From Octopus sinensis (lineage: Eukaryota), in assembly GCF_006345805.1 (NCBI RefSeq), contig NC_043007.1, positions 52,266,001 through 52,330,000 on the forward strand: a stretch of 64,000 bases of DNA, read 5' to 3'. A program made the position numbers and the translations under genes. Positions 42,080 through 54,054 of this stretch are shown here, in pieces. Numbering within the stretch: position 1 is the first letter of the stretch; every line of letters starts with the position of its first letter. The notes beneath the pieces are model-generated. The model saw nothing but the letters and a program-made list of their open reading frames with translations. It did not search any database and had not been told where the DNA came from.

Positions 42080-44329
42080 GGCTCGTTTCTTTATATTTGT
42101 ATGTGCTGCACTAATGAAATTAGATCGTAAATCAGATCGTTTTTTGTCTGAAGGCCAAATTAGTAGCACTTTCAGCAATCCTTCTCAGTAACAATTTTTT
42201 TTTTCAAGATAGAATGAATGAGAGAAGACAGATTAGTCTTGAATCTCTCAATTTTGGGATATATATATATATGTAAGTATCATATACATATATGTATATT
42301 GGGTGGGATTTTTAAAAATATATATTTGTGAATTTATATTGTATGGGCGTATGTATGCGTGCAAGTATTTAATTTAAAATCTACACTGTATATATCCAAA
42401 TATCCTGGTTTAGATTAGGTTGTTTTTTTTTTAATTTCACAACACGCGAAAATGAACGGTTTGTCCGTTGGTGGTTGACCCAGCGGGGTTTGCAGAGTAT
42501 GTAGAGAACAGTTGTCTATAATCGAGTTAACAACAAGACGACTACTAAAGATAACAGCAACTGACTGACTGGCAATTAACACAGAAACTGGTGGTCGGTG
42601 ACGACTACCGCAGTGAGAGGAACAGGAGGAGTTAGTAGGGATACTGTAAGTACAACTACAGAGTAATGGTGTTGGTATGAGTAGGGAAGAACTGATGTAG
42701 TAGGAGGCACTCGACTTAACAACAACAGCAGCAGCTGAGTGTTGACCTCTCAGTGATTCAATTGGTTGCGAAGAGGTTTGGCGCTAAACGTAGACCTGGA
42801 TATACTATGGAATCCGGGCTGCTGCATAATGTACACTCCAACAGACTCGACTACATAATTTATTAATTTCCCCACTACCACCACTTTCATTGGTTATGTT
42901 TTTACTATTACGTAACACTTTCTTCCTTTATTTTTTTATTTACTCTAAAATATAATATTTTATATAAAATCTGTGGAAATTGGATGAATGTGTAAAAGTC
43001 AATTGCGATTCATATACTTAAAATTTTAATTCGTCATTTTTACTCTTTTATTTCAGTTGCCCTTTTATAATTTTTACTTTTCTTTTTCAATTTCATCAAA
43101 AATATTTTTTCTAAGTTATAAATAAAGTTGTTTTTTTTTATGTACGTTTAGATGAAATATGTATGATGGCAGATAATTACTAAAAAGTGCGAGTTTATCG
43201 ATCGTTTGGAAGGCTATGATAGATGATTAGTATATATTATTTCTTGTTACTACTACTATATTTAGGTGACCGTCTTTCTGTCACACCTGACTGATATCCA
43301 GTTACTAACTACGGACGTTTTAACCATTCCATCTTTCTAATCGAAGCTGAAGTATTGGTGGTGTCTGGGTTAAACTATTGTGCAAGCCTTATTCACCTTG
43401 ATGACCAGATTTATAGAGTTATAGGATGAAACTACAATGGAAGAGCAGCAAGAACATATACGCATATTGCGCTGTCTATGTAACAAATAAATTATATTTT
43501 CTTCGTTAATTTTTTTTTTATCAAGAATTTAGTAAATAAATTGATGTCAATTCTGTCCAGTCCTTCCTTACCTATACACATATACACACTGACGCACAAC
43601 TCTAAGGTTTTATATAAATTTCCTTTATGCTATTTCTATTCATAAAGGTTAATGTGTGCCCCTCTCAGGTCAGTCCTGTTCCAGTTCACGTACAATAAAA
43701 GGAGATCTAACTGGGATCACCCAGTCATTTTTGTATATGTCCATTTTTAAAATGGACAAAATTTGTCCATTTTTAAAACTGTAGAGTGTGACAGAAAGGA
43801 GATTTGCTTGCTACTTAAGCAAGTTGTACAACCATGCAAAAGCTCAATTGATCATTCTCTGTGCTAAAATAGTAGTAGTAGTATAGCCTGTTTCAACTGT
43901 ATCAATTTGGTACTGACATCGATATATTTTTATTTTGAATGACAAATATTTGTGAGTGTACATAATCAAAATACTTTACTGTACGTAGTTCCCTCCCTTT
44001 AAGTTCTGAGTTCAAATCCCACCATGGTTGACTTTGCTGTTATCCTTCCAGAGTTGATAGAAAATACAAGTTAGGTCCTCAGTTTGATTGAATCCGCTGT
44101 TTGATCTCCTCTGTATTTCCTGATCATGTGTTCATTTAACCAAAAGAAGCATGATCTAAATTGGTGAGGTTTAGTTTTATGTCAGCCTGATCCAAATGTT
44201 CCAATAATGATCATTCTTGTTTGGTCCTCTTCCTTCGTAGGTTCTTTCAGCTAGGGTCACTTGGCACCCCTTTATCCAACTCATCACATGTTTCAATCAG
44301 TTCAGTTTTGCACACTACAAAAGTATTAA

Positions 44330-45050
44330 TTGATAGGAAAGGATCCAGGACTCTACTGCTTTCTGGGCACTATGTGGAAAATAAATAGCTAGGAATTCCA
44401 TATAATGGACCCAATGTGAAGTATGCAGGTACAAGAGACGGAATGGAAACAGAAGTAGGCTGATAGTGGAAAACTTAAAATGTAGTAGATAGACAAAAGT
44501 AGTCAGCAATAACAACACCCGAAATAAAATCTTTTTAAACCTTAGAGGGTGCCCTAAAAGTAGTTGATAGTTTAAATTACAAAGGTGACTTAAGTGGCAG
44601 TAGCAGAAAGCTTGGCAGTAGAAAAGGTATCGGGGAAATTTATCTCCACTGTAAACACAAAATTCTCTCTCTAAGTAAACAACAGATAGTATGATGCATA
44701 TGCATGAAGTGTAATGTTGCATAGTGGTGACTGAAACACGGGGATGATGTTAGAAGAAGGAAATAAATGAGAACTGCATGCTTCATTGAGTGTGTTATGT
44801 AGGTTTGAATGACTGATCACAAATGAACTAAGAGATAACTGGATATAAAAGAAATTAGATGTTGTATGCAAGGAAGAAGACTGCTGGTACAGATGTGTGA
44901 TGTGTATGAATGATGGTAATTGGGCAAATAGGGGACAAGATCCATATGGAAAGAACTTGTGAAAAAAGACCCAGAAAGATGTGAGAAGTTATGAAAGTTG
45001 AATTTAGGACAGTGGGTCTCACAGAGGAGATAAGAAGGGACCACAACAGA
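44330..45050 (-). mobile_element. Old CR1/L2-group LINE fragment
   Basis: Remnant LLISSVRPT...SHI resembles the RT C-terminal VRPxxEYxSHIW region; heavily decayed. Confidence 0.4.
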
Positions 45051-45174
45051 TAGTAAGACCCTCTGCTAGAGATTTGTCATACCCATGCAAGCATGGAAAA
45101 CAGACTTAAATAATTATGATATATAAAACTCACAGGCATACACATACATGCACATATATAAAACACACACATGC

Positions 45175-45962
45175 ATCACATCACATTTATACATAGCATC
45201 CTGAAAAAGTGCCACACCCTAGCGGTTGAGGGAACCTGTGGAAGAGGTAGACCCAGGAAAACCTGGGACGAGGTGGTGAAGCACGACCTTCGAACTTTAG
45301 GTTTCACCGAGGAAATGACTAGAGACCGAGACCTTTGGAAGTATGCTGTGCGTGAGAAGACCTGGCAGGACAAGTGGGGCCATAATCCCATGGCCTCTAC
45401 CTGGGATGTAGCCAGCCCACTTATGCATTCCATTCCTTCTTGAGACACAAAACTCTGCTTGTGAAGACCTGTTGAGGCAAGTGAAAATCAAAATCGTAAT
45501 TGATCAACATCAATAGAATTTGTAGCTGTAATACCAGTGCCAGTGGCACGTAAGAGAACCATCCGAACGTGGCCGTAGCCAGTGCTGGCCTCCGTGCCAG
45601 TGGCACGTAAAAAGCACCATCCGATTGTGGCTGTTGCCAGCTTCGTCTGGTCTCCGTGCCAGTGGCACGTAAATAGCACCATCCGATTGTGGCCATTGCC
45701 AGCTTCGTCTGGTCTCCGTGCCGGTGGCATGTAAATAGCACCATCCAATCGTGACCGTTGCCAGCTTCATCTGGTCTCTGTGCCGGTGGCACGTAAAAAG
45801 CACTCACTACACTCACGGAGTGGTTGGCGTTAGGAAGGGCATCCAGCTGTAGAAACACTGCTTTTATCAGACTGGGCCTGGTGCAGCCTTCTGGCTTCCC
45901 AGACCCCAGTTGAACCGTCCAACCCATGCTAGCATGGAAAGCAGACGTTAAACGATGATGAT
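45175..45962 (+). mobile_element. RTE LINE 3' end (ORF C-terminus + 3' UTR with internal ~60-bp tandem repeats, (GAT)n tail)
   Basis: GRGRPRKTWDEVVKHDLRTLGFTEEMTRDRDLWK is a typical RTE C-terminus; five TGGCA(C/T)GTAA units at ~45544, 45601, 45663, 45725, 45786. Confidence 0.85.
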
Positions 45963-48624
45963 CCAGGGTAAATATCTTTTACTACAGCTTTTGGTCAGTC
46001 CATATCTTGTGAAGGAGACTGAATAAATAGAAACTGTATGAAAACATATTGCACCTGGGTAAAGAGATTGGACATTTAATTGAATCCCTTCAAGAAAGAT
46101 GTAACCTTCATTTTATAAAAACAAAAAACCCTGATGAGATAGTGCCCAATACAGCTCAAAATAATAACCAATTCTTGGCATTGGATTTGACCCAATGAGT
46201 TTGCGCTGTTTTCTCTCACCATAACATTTTTCTTGAGGCAATGTTTTCTCTATGGCACTTAAACTTTGCATCCATGTTTAATCTGACACCTTGTCATGAC
46301 AGCTATCACTACTGCCACTTTTGGGGGTCTTCGTTTGTCATCTTCACCCAGCACTGCATCCATTCACGCCATTTCAAACTTGACAAATGCTTATCCATGG
46401 TCATCTTGGATCTCAGCATTCTCTTCACCATCGATTTCATCAGATTTTTTTTCTTCTGCTTACAATGCTTTTTATTTCAACTAATTAACCCATGGGAGCT
46501 TCACGTTACATTTGTGTTGCCATTCAACATCCTTTTTCACAGCAGCTACGGCAATCAACGGATTTCAATATCCTTCTTTATCAGAGTTTATTGTTTACCA
46601 CCATTTCCACCACTGCAAGTCCAGCTTACTCATAATCATTCCTTTGTACCAGCTCATTACTTACAGCATTTCATGGACTATCTACAGATCATAAACTTTT
46701 CTCATTTTCACATCACTGGACTCGCTTCTTCAGACCCTTCTAAAGACTTGCACCTTAAACTGTCAGAACATTTTTTGCAATGGTTTGCATCTGTTTTTAC
46801 AAACTTCTGGCTATTTTTTCATAACAATTGATGTATTGTACATGCTTATTTACACTGTTTTGCTCATGCTTTTTTCTCCTTTTTTTATTGTATTTCCCTT
46901 TTGTACATTTTTGTTCTTATGATTTGTTGTACATTTTTCCTTCATGCTACAGTTTTTTTTTTCTTTTTCATATCTTTTCCTCATGGTCATTCTTCTTTTC
47001 AGGGGGTAGTTGTAGCAAGCATGTTCATAGTTTGGCTCTTTACCTTTAAGTACCCACATTTTGCTCATCATGTGATGGCCATGTCCATCTAACTTTATGC
47101 AGGCTGTCTGCCCCATCCCATGACAGCCCAGCCAAGCACACTGCTCTCAGCTATATAAGGGGAGTCTTCCTGTTATTTTCTTCAGTGAGGTGGGTTGACA
47201 TAGCAGAGTTCAGATCTTCAGCAGAAAGCAGTTATTCTACAGGCAGCCTCAGTTAACCTTTCATGCATACGTTTGTTCCTGTCCTCCAACAGAATGTATG
47301 TCTCATATGTGTTTTTCCTGTTCTATCCAGCCTACATCATCATTATCTATCATCTACTTGTTAAACCATTGTGTATATATTCTGACCATTTCTTCAAGAT
47401 GTATCTCTACAGCTTTGCAATTTTAACACTTTTTATTGGGTTGAATAAATTGTTGCACTTAATTCTGGTTTCCTCATTCTTCCTTTATCTGTACACATAG
47501 CCTTACTCAAACCAACATTATTTATCCATCTCAACCTTCAGTCATTAAAAGTGTAAGAAATGTGAATTGTTAGATATAACATGTTTTATGGATTACTTTG
47601 AAGGATAGACTGTCATGGTGATCTTTGCAGCCCCTCCAAGATTGGTTGATGTGGTTTCTATTTGAATGTTTGGCAGGAAAATGTGGGTGGAAAGGGTATT
47701 CCAGAGAACTGATGTTAAGGGCAAAAGGATTAGGTGTTCTGGAGAAAGACATCTTCAGTGTAGTGAAAGGATGTATGAGGTGAGTTTTGATGGATGTGGC
47801 GTGCAGCAGAAAATCTGAAACCATTGTAGTAGTGGTAGAATAGATAGAAAGAGGGCACATTATGTCTGGACCAGATATTGTAATATGTTCATCAGTGTAT
47901 CTTTGACAATCAATTGGGTGGCTTTCTTTTGGATGTAGCCTAAGATTTTTATGTATAGCAGTAACAGCAGCAGCACCACCACCACCATCCTAGATGCTTA
48001 TGTGTGGCAGCAACAGCAACCACACCAGATGTTTATAAGTAGCAACAGCAGTAGCATTGCAGATGTTTAAATACAGCAAAAGCAACAGCAGCAACATCCA
48101 AAAGGTTTACATGTTGGAGTTACAAGTGCAACAGCAACAACATCCCAGATGTGGATCTTGAATTATCTTATGGGTCAGCATTGTCTGGAAGTGAAATAAT
48201 TTTATGAAGAGGAAATTTCATCATTGAGCTATAGTTTTCACAATGTTACATATTTTTGGGTACCAGGAGAGATCCTCAGATATTGAATATTGTGACACTA
48301 TTTACATTTTTATCTAATACCTAGTATGAAGGAAAATATAATTTTAAGCCAACTAGATTAAAACTTTCTTTTGCAAATTTAGGAAAGAATATTTTATACT
48401 CCAAAAATTAAATTGATAATAACAAGAACACTCTGAGAGTGCAAACCTCCACCAAGGCAACACCAATGTCCTCTCAACGATTAGCTGGAGATGATTTTTA
48501 AAATGCAAATATTTGAAATAAACTCGACTGCTCTGACAAACGAGATTACTAAAAATGAACCTGACCACTCTCCAGAAAAATAATCCAGAATCCTTATCCA
48601 CTATCTGATCAATCCCAATGGCAA

Positions 48625-48895
48625 TCATGGATGTGAAGGTGGGTATGCAGGCCATGTTTGTAATGCTGTGTGTGTGTCATCTGCAGTGGGAACAGGGGCA
48701 GTTTTCTCTATGATGGCCTTTTTTAGTCTGTCCACTGATATAGTGTCTTTACGACCATTAAGATCTATAGTGAAAAATGTATCCGTGTCTGAAAGAAAAT
48801 GGAAAGGACCAGCATACGGTGCTGTTAACAAAGGTTTAGCAACATCATTGCACACAAAAATGTGAGTCCAAGAAGTAAAACTTCCTTCAAGGCAG
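48625..48895 (-). mobile_element. Ty3/Gypsy integrase C-terminal fragment
   Basis: DVAKPLLTAPYAGPFHFLSDTDTFFTIDLNGRKDTISVDRLK matches the GPY/F-domain pattern. Confidence 0.8.
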
Positions 48896-49229
48896 AGCTA
48901 GAAATGCAATTGTCAAGTAGGTAAAAGGTTTTAAACAGGAGCAATATATTCAAAATTAGTAAAACTAAAAATTGTCATGGACAAATTAAATTTATTAGTG
49001 TTATTCAATTTCTGAACAGCTTTGCTGCCATTTGTTTATGTTGTTTGATTTCTTTATCTATCAATTTCTACTAAGATAGAGATGCGAGTAAAATTAATAA
49101 TAGAGAAACGAAAATAAAACTTTGGAAACAGCAATGCTGCCGTAACTTACATGGAAACTATGAGCATGCTTTCAAGGGAGAAAATCAGAGAAAGACTTGA
49201 AAGTGAATGTAAGATTGCAATACTTCATA

Positions 49230-49445
49230 TAAAGTAAAGTAGATATAACAAATAATCCAGAATCCTTGTCTGGAACCAAATCAATCCCCAAATCTCATCA
49301 GTTCATACCAGTTATGAGGCCAAACATCCCTGAAAGTTTCATCCAAATCCATCCTGTAGTTATTGGGATATCTTGTCCATAGACAAACAAACAAACAAAC
49401 ATGACTGAAAACAATACCTCTGCCTTCGCTAAGGCAGAGGTAAAA
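49230..49445 (+). mobile_element. Helentron/DINE-like non-autonomous element 3' end
   Basis: (CAAA)n followed by AAAACAATACCTCTGCCTTCGCTAAGGCAGAGGTAA terminal hairpin; a related AATAATCCAGAATCCTT segment at ~48580. Confidence 0.5.
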
Positions 49446-49949
49446 ATGTTTTTTTCCAAATCATCCTAAATTCTTCATTTACCTGTCAGAGATTGGTAGT
49501 GATATTCATATAAAAAAAATATGGCCAGACAAGAGTTAAACATTTTTTGATGATAAATATAATTATAACTTCAGTCCTACACAATTAATATGTGAATGTT
49601 TGGGTGTGGCTGTAAGTTTATAAGAAGAATATTTCATAACTTCGTAAATCATATAGCCCCTCTTTGAGACACAAATATTTCTCTGAAAAGGATGGCATTT
49701 TATCATAAGTAACATTCCCTTAGATCTACTTAACTTATTTTCTGACAGCAAACTGAGCATCAAGACAAAAGTGGAGCTGTGCCTAGCAAAATATCTGAAG
49801 AAGACAAACTGAAGGTTATAGGATTTGTAATCCAATATCTTATCAACTCAGCTATGTTGACTACACACACACTCACATTTATTCACATAGAGATGAATAT
49901 GTGAGTTTACATATATATATATATATTATATATAGCAGCCTTAAATAAA

Positions 49950-51240
49950 TCTAATCCTTGTACCCCTATTAATTCATACTCAGCTTATATAAGGTAATAC
50001 TGGTATCTCCACAACTTAAAATTGGTTCAATTTTTAATTAAATCAGTATATAGTTGACATGGTCTTTAACCTCAGTTGCCCCCCTCCCTTATTAAATACC
50101 AATTAAATCTATTTGATCAATCTCCATAGAAACCATATAATAAGTTAATATTTTAGATAAGTAATAAGTATATAAATAGTAATCTAGTTCTTTGCAATTT
50201 CTTTTTCCTCCCTCTATTGTGGTAAAAATTTGGTATATACTCAAAATATTCAAAGAAGTGGTATCCTTTTGTTAAGATTTTCATTCTTAATAATCTTCTT
50301 GATTACCCTAAAATTTTAACCTTATGACAATATTGTTTGAAATGATCTTAAGAAATTACTTGATTTTTTTTCTTTCTTAAATGGCTCTACCCTCCTGATC
50401 TTAGTATTTATAAGGACCTTTATATAAATAACCTTTCTAAACAAGTACCACTAGGAAACTATAAATATCATGTAGGGAGTAACAATAATAACTTCTGAAA
50501 CCAATAATATAACCCTTAATTTAAAAAAAAAAAGATTAGTGTAAAATAGAATTGTTCCATAACCTAAATATTCCTTTAGCCGATACCAAATATCAGTCTT
50601 TTATAGATATTAGCTAAATAAGTAAATATAGTTTTTAGTCTAATATATTTTGAATTATTATATTTTTCTAAAAAATCTTCTCTATTGGTGAACAAGCTAC
50701 ATATACTTTACCATAGTATTAGTAATTAAGCCATTTTATTCCTTTCTATGATGTTTTACCCTTGATTATTTTATTTTATTTTATAATTAGCCTTTATTTA
50801 TTTATAAAATTATTCCAAGTTTTTGTATCTCTATAAATTCATACTTAGCTTATATTAAACTATACCGATATATTCACTACTTATAAAAAAAACTGCTTAG
50901 ATTAAAATTTAATAATATATAATTAGCATGTTCTTTTACCTCAATACTCCTTTATTACCAGTAAATATCATTTAATCAATATTCCCAGACACCATCTGAT
51001 GAGTTAGTATTTAAGTATACAATATGTATAAATATTAAACTATTTCTATATAATTTCTTTTCCTCCCTCTATTGTGTTAAAAGTTTGATATATACTCATA
51101 AGTATTCATAAATTTCTATTCTTTTGTTACAATATTCTTCTTAATAATCTCTTGAATAACCCTAAACTTCAACTGTATACAATATAGCAACATTGTTTCA
51201 AAGTATTTAACTATAATACTACATGATAATACTTACCCTG
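49950..51240 (-). mobile_element. Very AT-rich, highly decayed Penelope-like relic (tentative)
   Basis: Minus-strand scraps VVEIPVLPYIS, SEYIG and a ~150-bp diverged direct repeat (~50190-50340 / ~51050-51190). Confidence 0.35.
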
Positions 51241-51559
51241 TTTCATTTTCAATAGTCTGCTAATGGGCAACCCCTTAATTATCAGCTAACATCTTGTTTT
51301 AAGTTTTCCCTTACTAAACCTCATTACATTGCTTCTAATAAATCTTGATTTTTATGACTATACCATCTAGAATGTCTGTCTACTCCCTCAACTCTACTCC
51401 AAACATCTGTTCTAATTTGATTAAATTCTATGTCTTTCTGCAGCTGAAGATTGCTCTACATTTTAAATTGATGTAATGATTGCATTGTTCAGTTAAATGG
51501 AGTCGCATGAAACGATCGTACTGCATTACCTATGGATATCCGTGTTGCTTATTTTGATT

Positions 51560-52370
51560 TATATATTATATATATAACCACAAAATAGAGAAGTATACAT
51601 TCTTTAATAAGCTTACACATATTTGGGATAAACTAGCATTTTTGGATAAATGGTGATTGAACTTCAAATTTACAAATTAGACCAGCAGCAGAAAGTAAAT
51701 TTATTGTAATGGCTTTTACTGACCAGTTTAGAGCATAATCAGTGGTTAACCAAGGGCCAACAACTTTCAGAACTTGTCGCCAAACATGGGTCTTTTGACC
51801 ACAAGGTGATGTTCTGCATCTGGTGGAATTATGAGGGGATAATTCATTACAAATTTGTTCTGGGCAGTCAAACCATCGACACTAACCTGAACTCTGAACA
51901 CCTGGAGTGGATATATGCCATTGCATGGCAAAAATACCCAGCATTGGTTAGCAGAAAGCAAGCTCTTCTGCATCAAGACAACACAAGACCTCATACAGCT
52001 TGAATGATCCGGAATAAACTCCTGGAACTTGGGGGAATCAAACTGGTGCCATACCCAGTATATAGTCTAGACCTAGCTACCTTGGATTATTACTTGTTTC
52101 GATCCATGGTTTGCTTCCTGTGTTTGTGATGCTTCATTAACTAAGAGGAGGTGGAAGCCTCAGTGAAGGAGTTGCTTGCCTCAAAGGACAAGAACTGATA
52201 TCAAAGTAGGACAAAAGAAATGGTAGAAAGGTGACTTCAGAAGGTGCAACACAATGGCCTCTACTTTGAACACCATGCTGCTTTTGTTGTAACTTGACAA
52301 ATAAAGCAAATAAATTACTGTTTTGTTCTCACTGTCCTGTTCTTGTTACCACTTTCACCCTCCGCAAAAA
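51560..52370 (+). mobile_element. Internally deleted mariner (Mos1-like, DD34D) element
   Basis: KVMFCIWWNYEGIIHYKF...LLHQDNTRPHTA...PYPVYSLDLATLDYYLFRSM. Confidence 0.85.
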
Positions 52371-52538
52371 ATCCCAAATTGGTTTGCAATGTTTGCTGTC
52401 ATGTATGCTTGTCAAGAGCAGGCCTCAGTAGCCACCTACAGAGTCACAAATGCAAAATATAAGTTATTCCTAGAGTGCACAATATTCCTGAAGGTCAACA
52501 ATGGTCTTCCTCAATCACGAATGGATGGCCACCGTCAC

Positions 52539-52584
<46 letters not shown>

Positions 52585-52588
<4 letters not shown>

Positions 52589-52832
52589 TGTGATCACGTG
52601 ACTGTCCAGACTGTCAGATGTTGTTACACATCACTGATCAAAATGTGCTTTGCATCATTTTAATCATCAAATGATAACACCCTGCTGGCTAGGTATGCAG
52701 GCCAACATTCTCTCCTGATTGAAAGGGGGACTGGAACATTATGAACTGGAGTGTTTTGCTCACAATGCACTGCCCAGTCTGGGAATCAAACCCACGATCT
52801 AGCGATCATGAGTGCAACAGCCTAACCACTAG
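52585..52832 (-). mobile_element. tRNA-derived SINE
   Basis: Reversed tRNA-like head GGGAATCAAACCCACGATCT...CCTAACCACTAGG plus CORE-like GTTTTGCTCA. Confidence 0.5.
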
Positions 52833-52917
52833 GTCTAGAGTCTAATGTATGTATCAATATATAAAAGTAAGAATTAGAAAAGCCTACCAAAGAGGTTCAT
52901 GGAACTAGTCCTGTTTC

Positions 52918-52948
<31 letters not shown>

Positions 52949-52951
<3 letters not shown>

Positions 52952-53784
52952 GGTGCGATGAATACATTGTCCTCTAAATTACGCAAAAATGAAAATAACA
53001 CTGACATCTCATTTTAACAGATATATTTACCAAAATTTCATTAAAATATCTTGAAATACTAAAGAGTAAATTTATTCAATGAAATCACCATTGGCTTCAA
53101 CCATGGCCTCCAAACAACTTCAGAATCTCCTGCAACTCTTCTGGGTGGTCTCCTTGTTTAAGTTGGTGAAGGCTGCTATAATACTTGTCTTCAGTCCATC
53201 TTTGGTGTTACAAAGAGTTTTGTTAGTCTCTTGCTCAACTACGCCCCACACATAATAATCAAGGGGGTTGTATCTGGTGGCCAGATATTAGGGGTGATGT
53301 GGTCGCAGAATTGTCCTGCTTGTGTGGCATGGTGCAGAGACTTGTTGCCAGACATAGAGTCTTCCAGCAGCCATTATCTTGACATAGGACAGCACTACCT
53401 CCTCCACTTAATGTAGGCCTCCGTGTTGAGTCTGAGGTTGTGTGGGAAGATGAATGGAGGCATAACGTCGACATCACTAGTGATCACTCTAAACACCATG
53501 ATGTTGACTGGATGTTTGATTTTTATCACTCTCGGTACATGCCTCAGATTGACACCCAAACACTCTGAAATCTTCTTATTGAAGCTTCTAGCACAAATGC
53601 CAAGCAGTACAGCATGTCATTTCCAAATTTCTGGCAGAGTCAATTGTGTCATGGTGCTGTTTTTTCTCACAGACAGAACCCAACTAACCCTACTATACTG
53701 TGTAGTCAACAAAATCAAAAATGAACAATGCACATGCACGAAATTAAAAATATAAAATGTCGACAATATACCCATCACACCCTG
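52949..53784 (-). mobile_element. Non-autonomous Tc1/mariner-superfamily element with ~23-bp imperfect TIRs
   Basis: CAGGGTGCGATGAATACATTGTC vs reverse-complement CAGGGTGTGATGGGTATATTGTC; internal WPPDTTPLDYYVWGVVEQETNK transposase C-terminus. Confidence 0.85.
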
Positions 53785-53893
53785 AATATATATATAAATA
53801 TTCTTTTATTCTTTTACTTGTTTCAATCAATTGACTATGGCCATGCTGGAGCTCTGCCTTTTATATATATATATATAGATAGATAGATAGATA

Positions 53894-54054
53894 GATGGCA
53901 AATATACCTCACATTGTTGTGCAGTTACTGCCTATACCTCGTTCAGAGATTTATTATTGCTTGTATACATTTTTTCAAGATCAGTGACATAAAGTTACTG
54001 GAAAAAGGATATAAATATTTGCATTGGGACTCCTTTCATCGAAAACCAGTGATT
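53894..54054 (+). repeat. 5' partial copy of hammerhead-bearing monomer A (~351 nt)
   Basis: 53894-53975 repeats at 56097-56175; ends in AAAACCAGTGATT, duplicated at 55894-55906. Confidence 0.75.

Noticed and set aside
46100-47260. Possible decayed DNA-transposon coding remnant
   Set aside because: No interpretable motif could be recovered in any frame.
49950-51240. Mitochondrial insertion (NUMT), suggested by AT-richness
   Set aside because: No recognisable mitochondrial protein, rRNA or tRNA motifs; the internal direct repeat and scraps fit a decayed PLE better.
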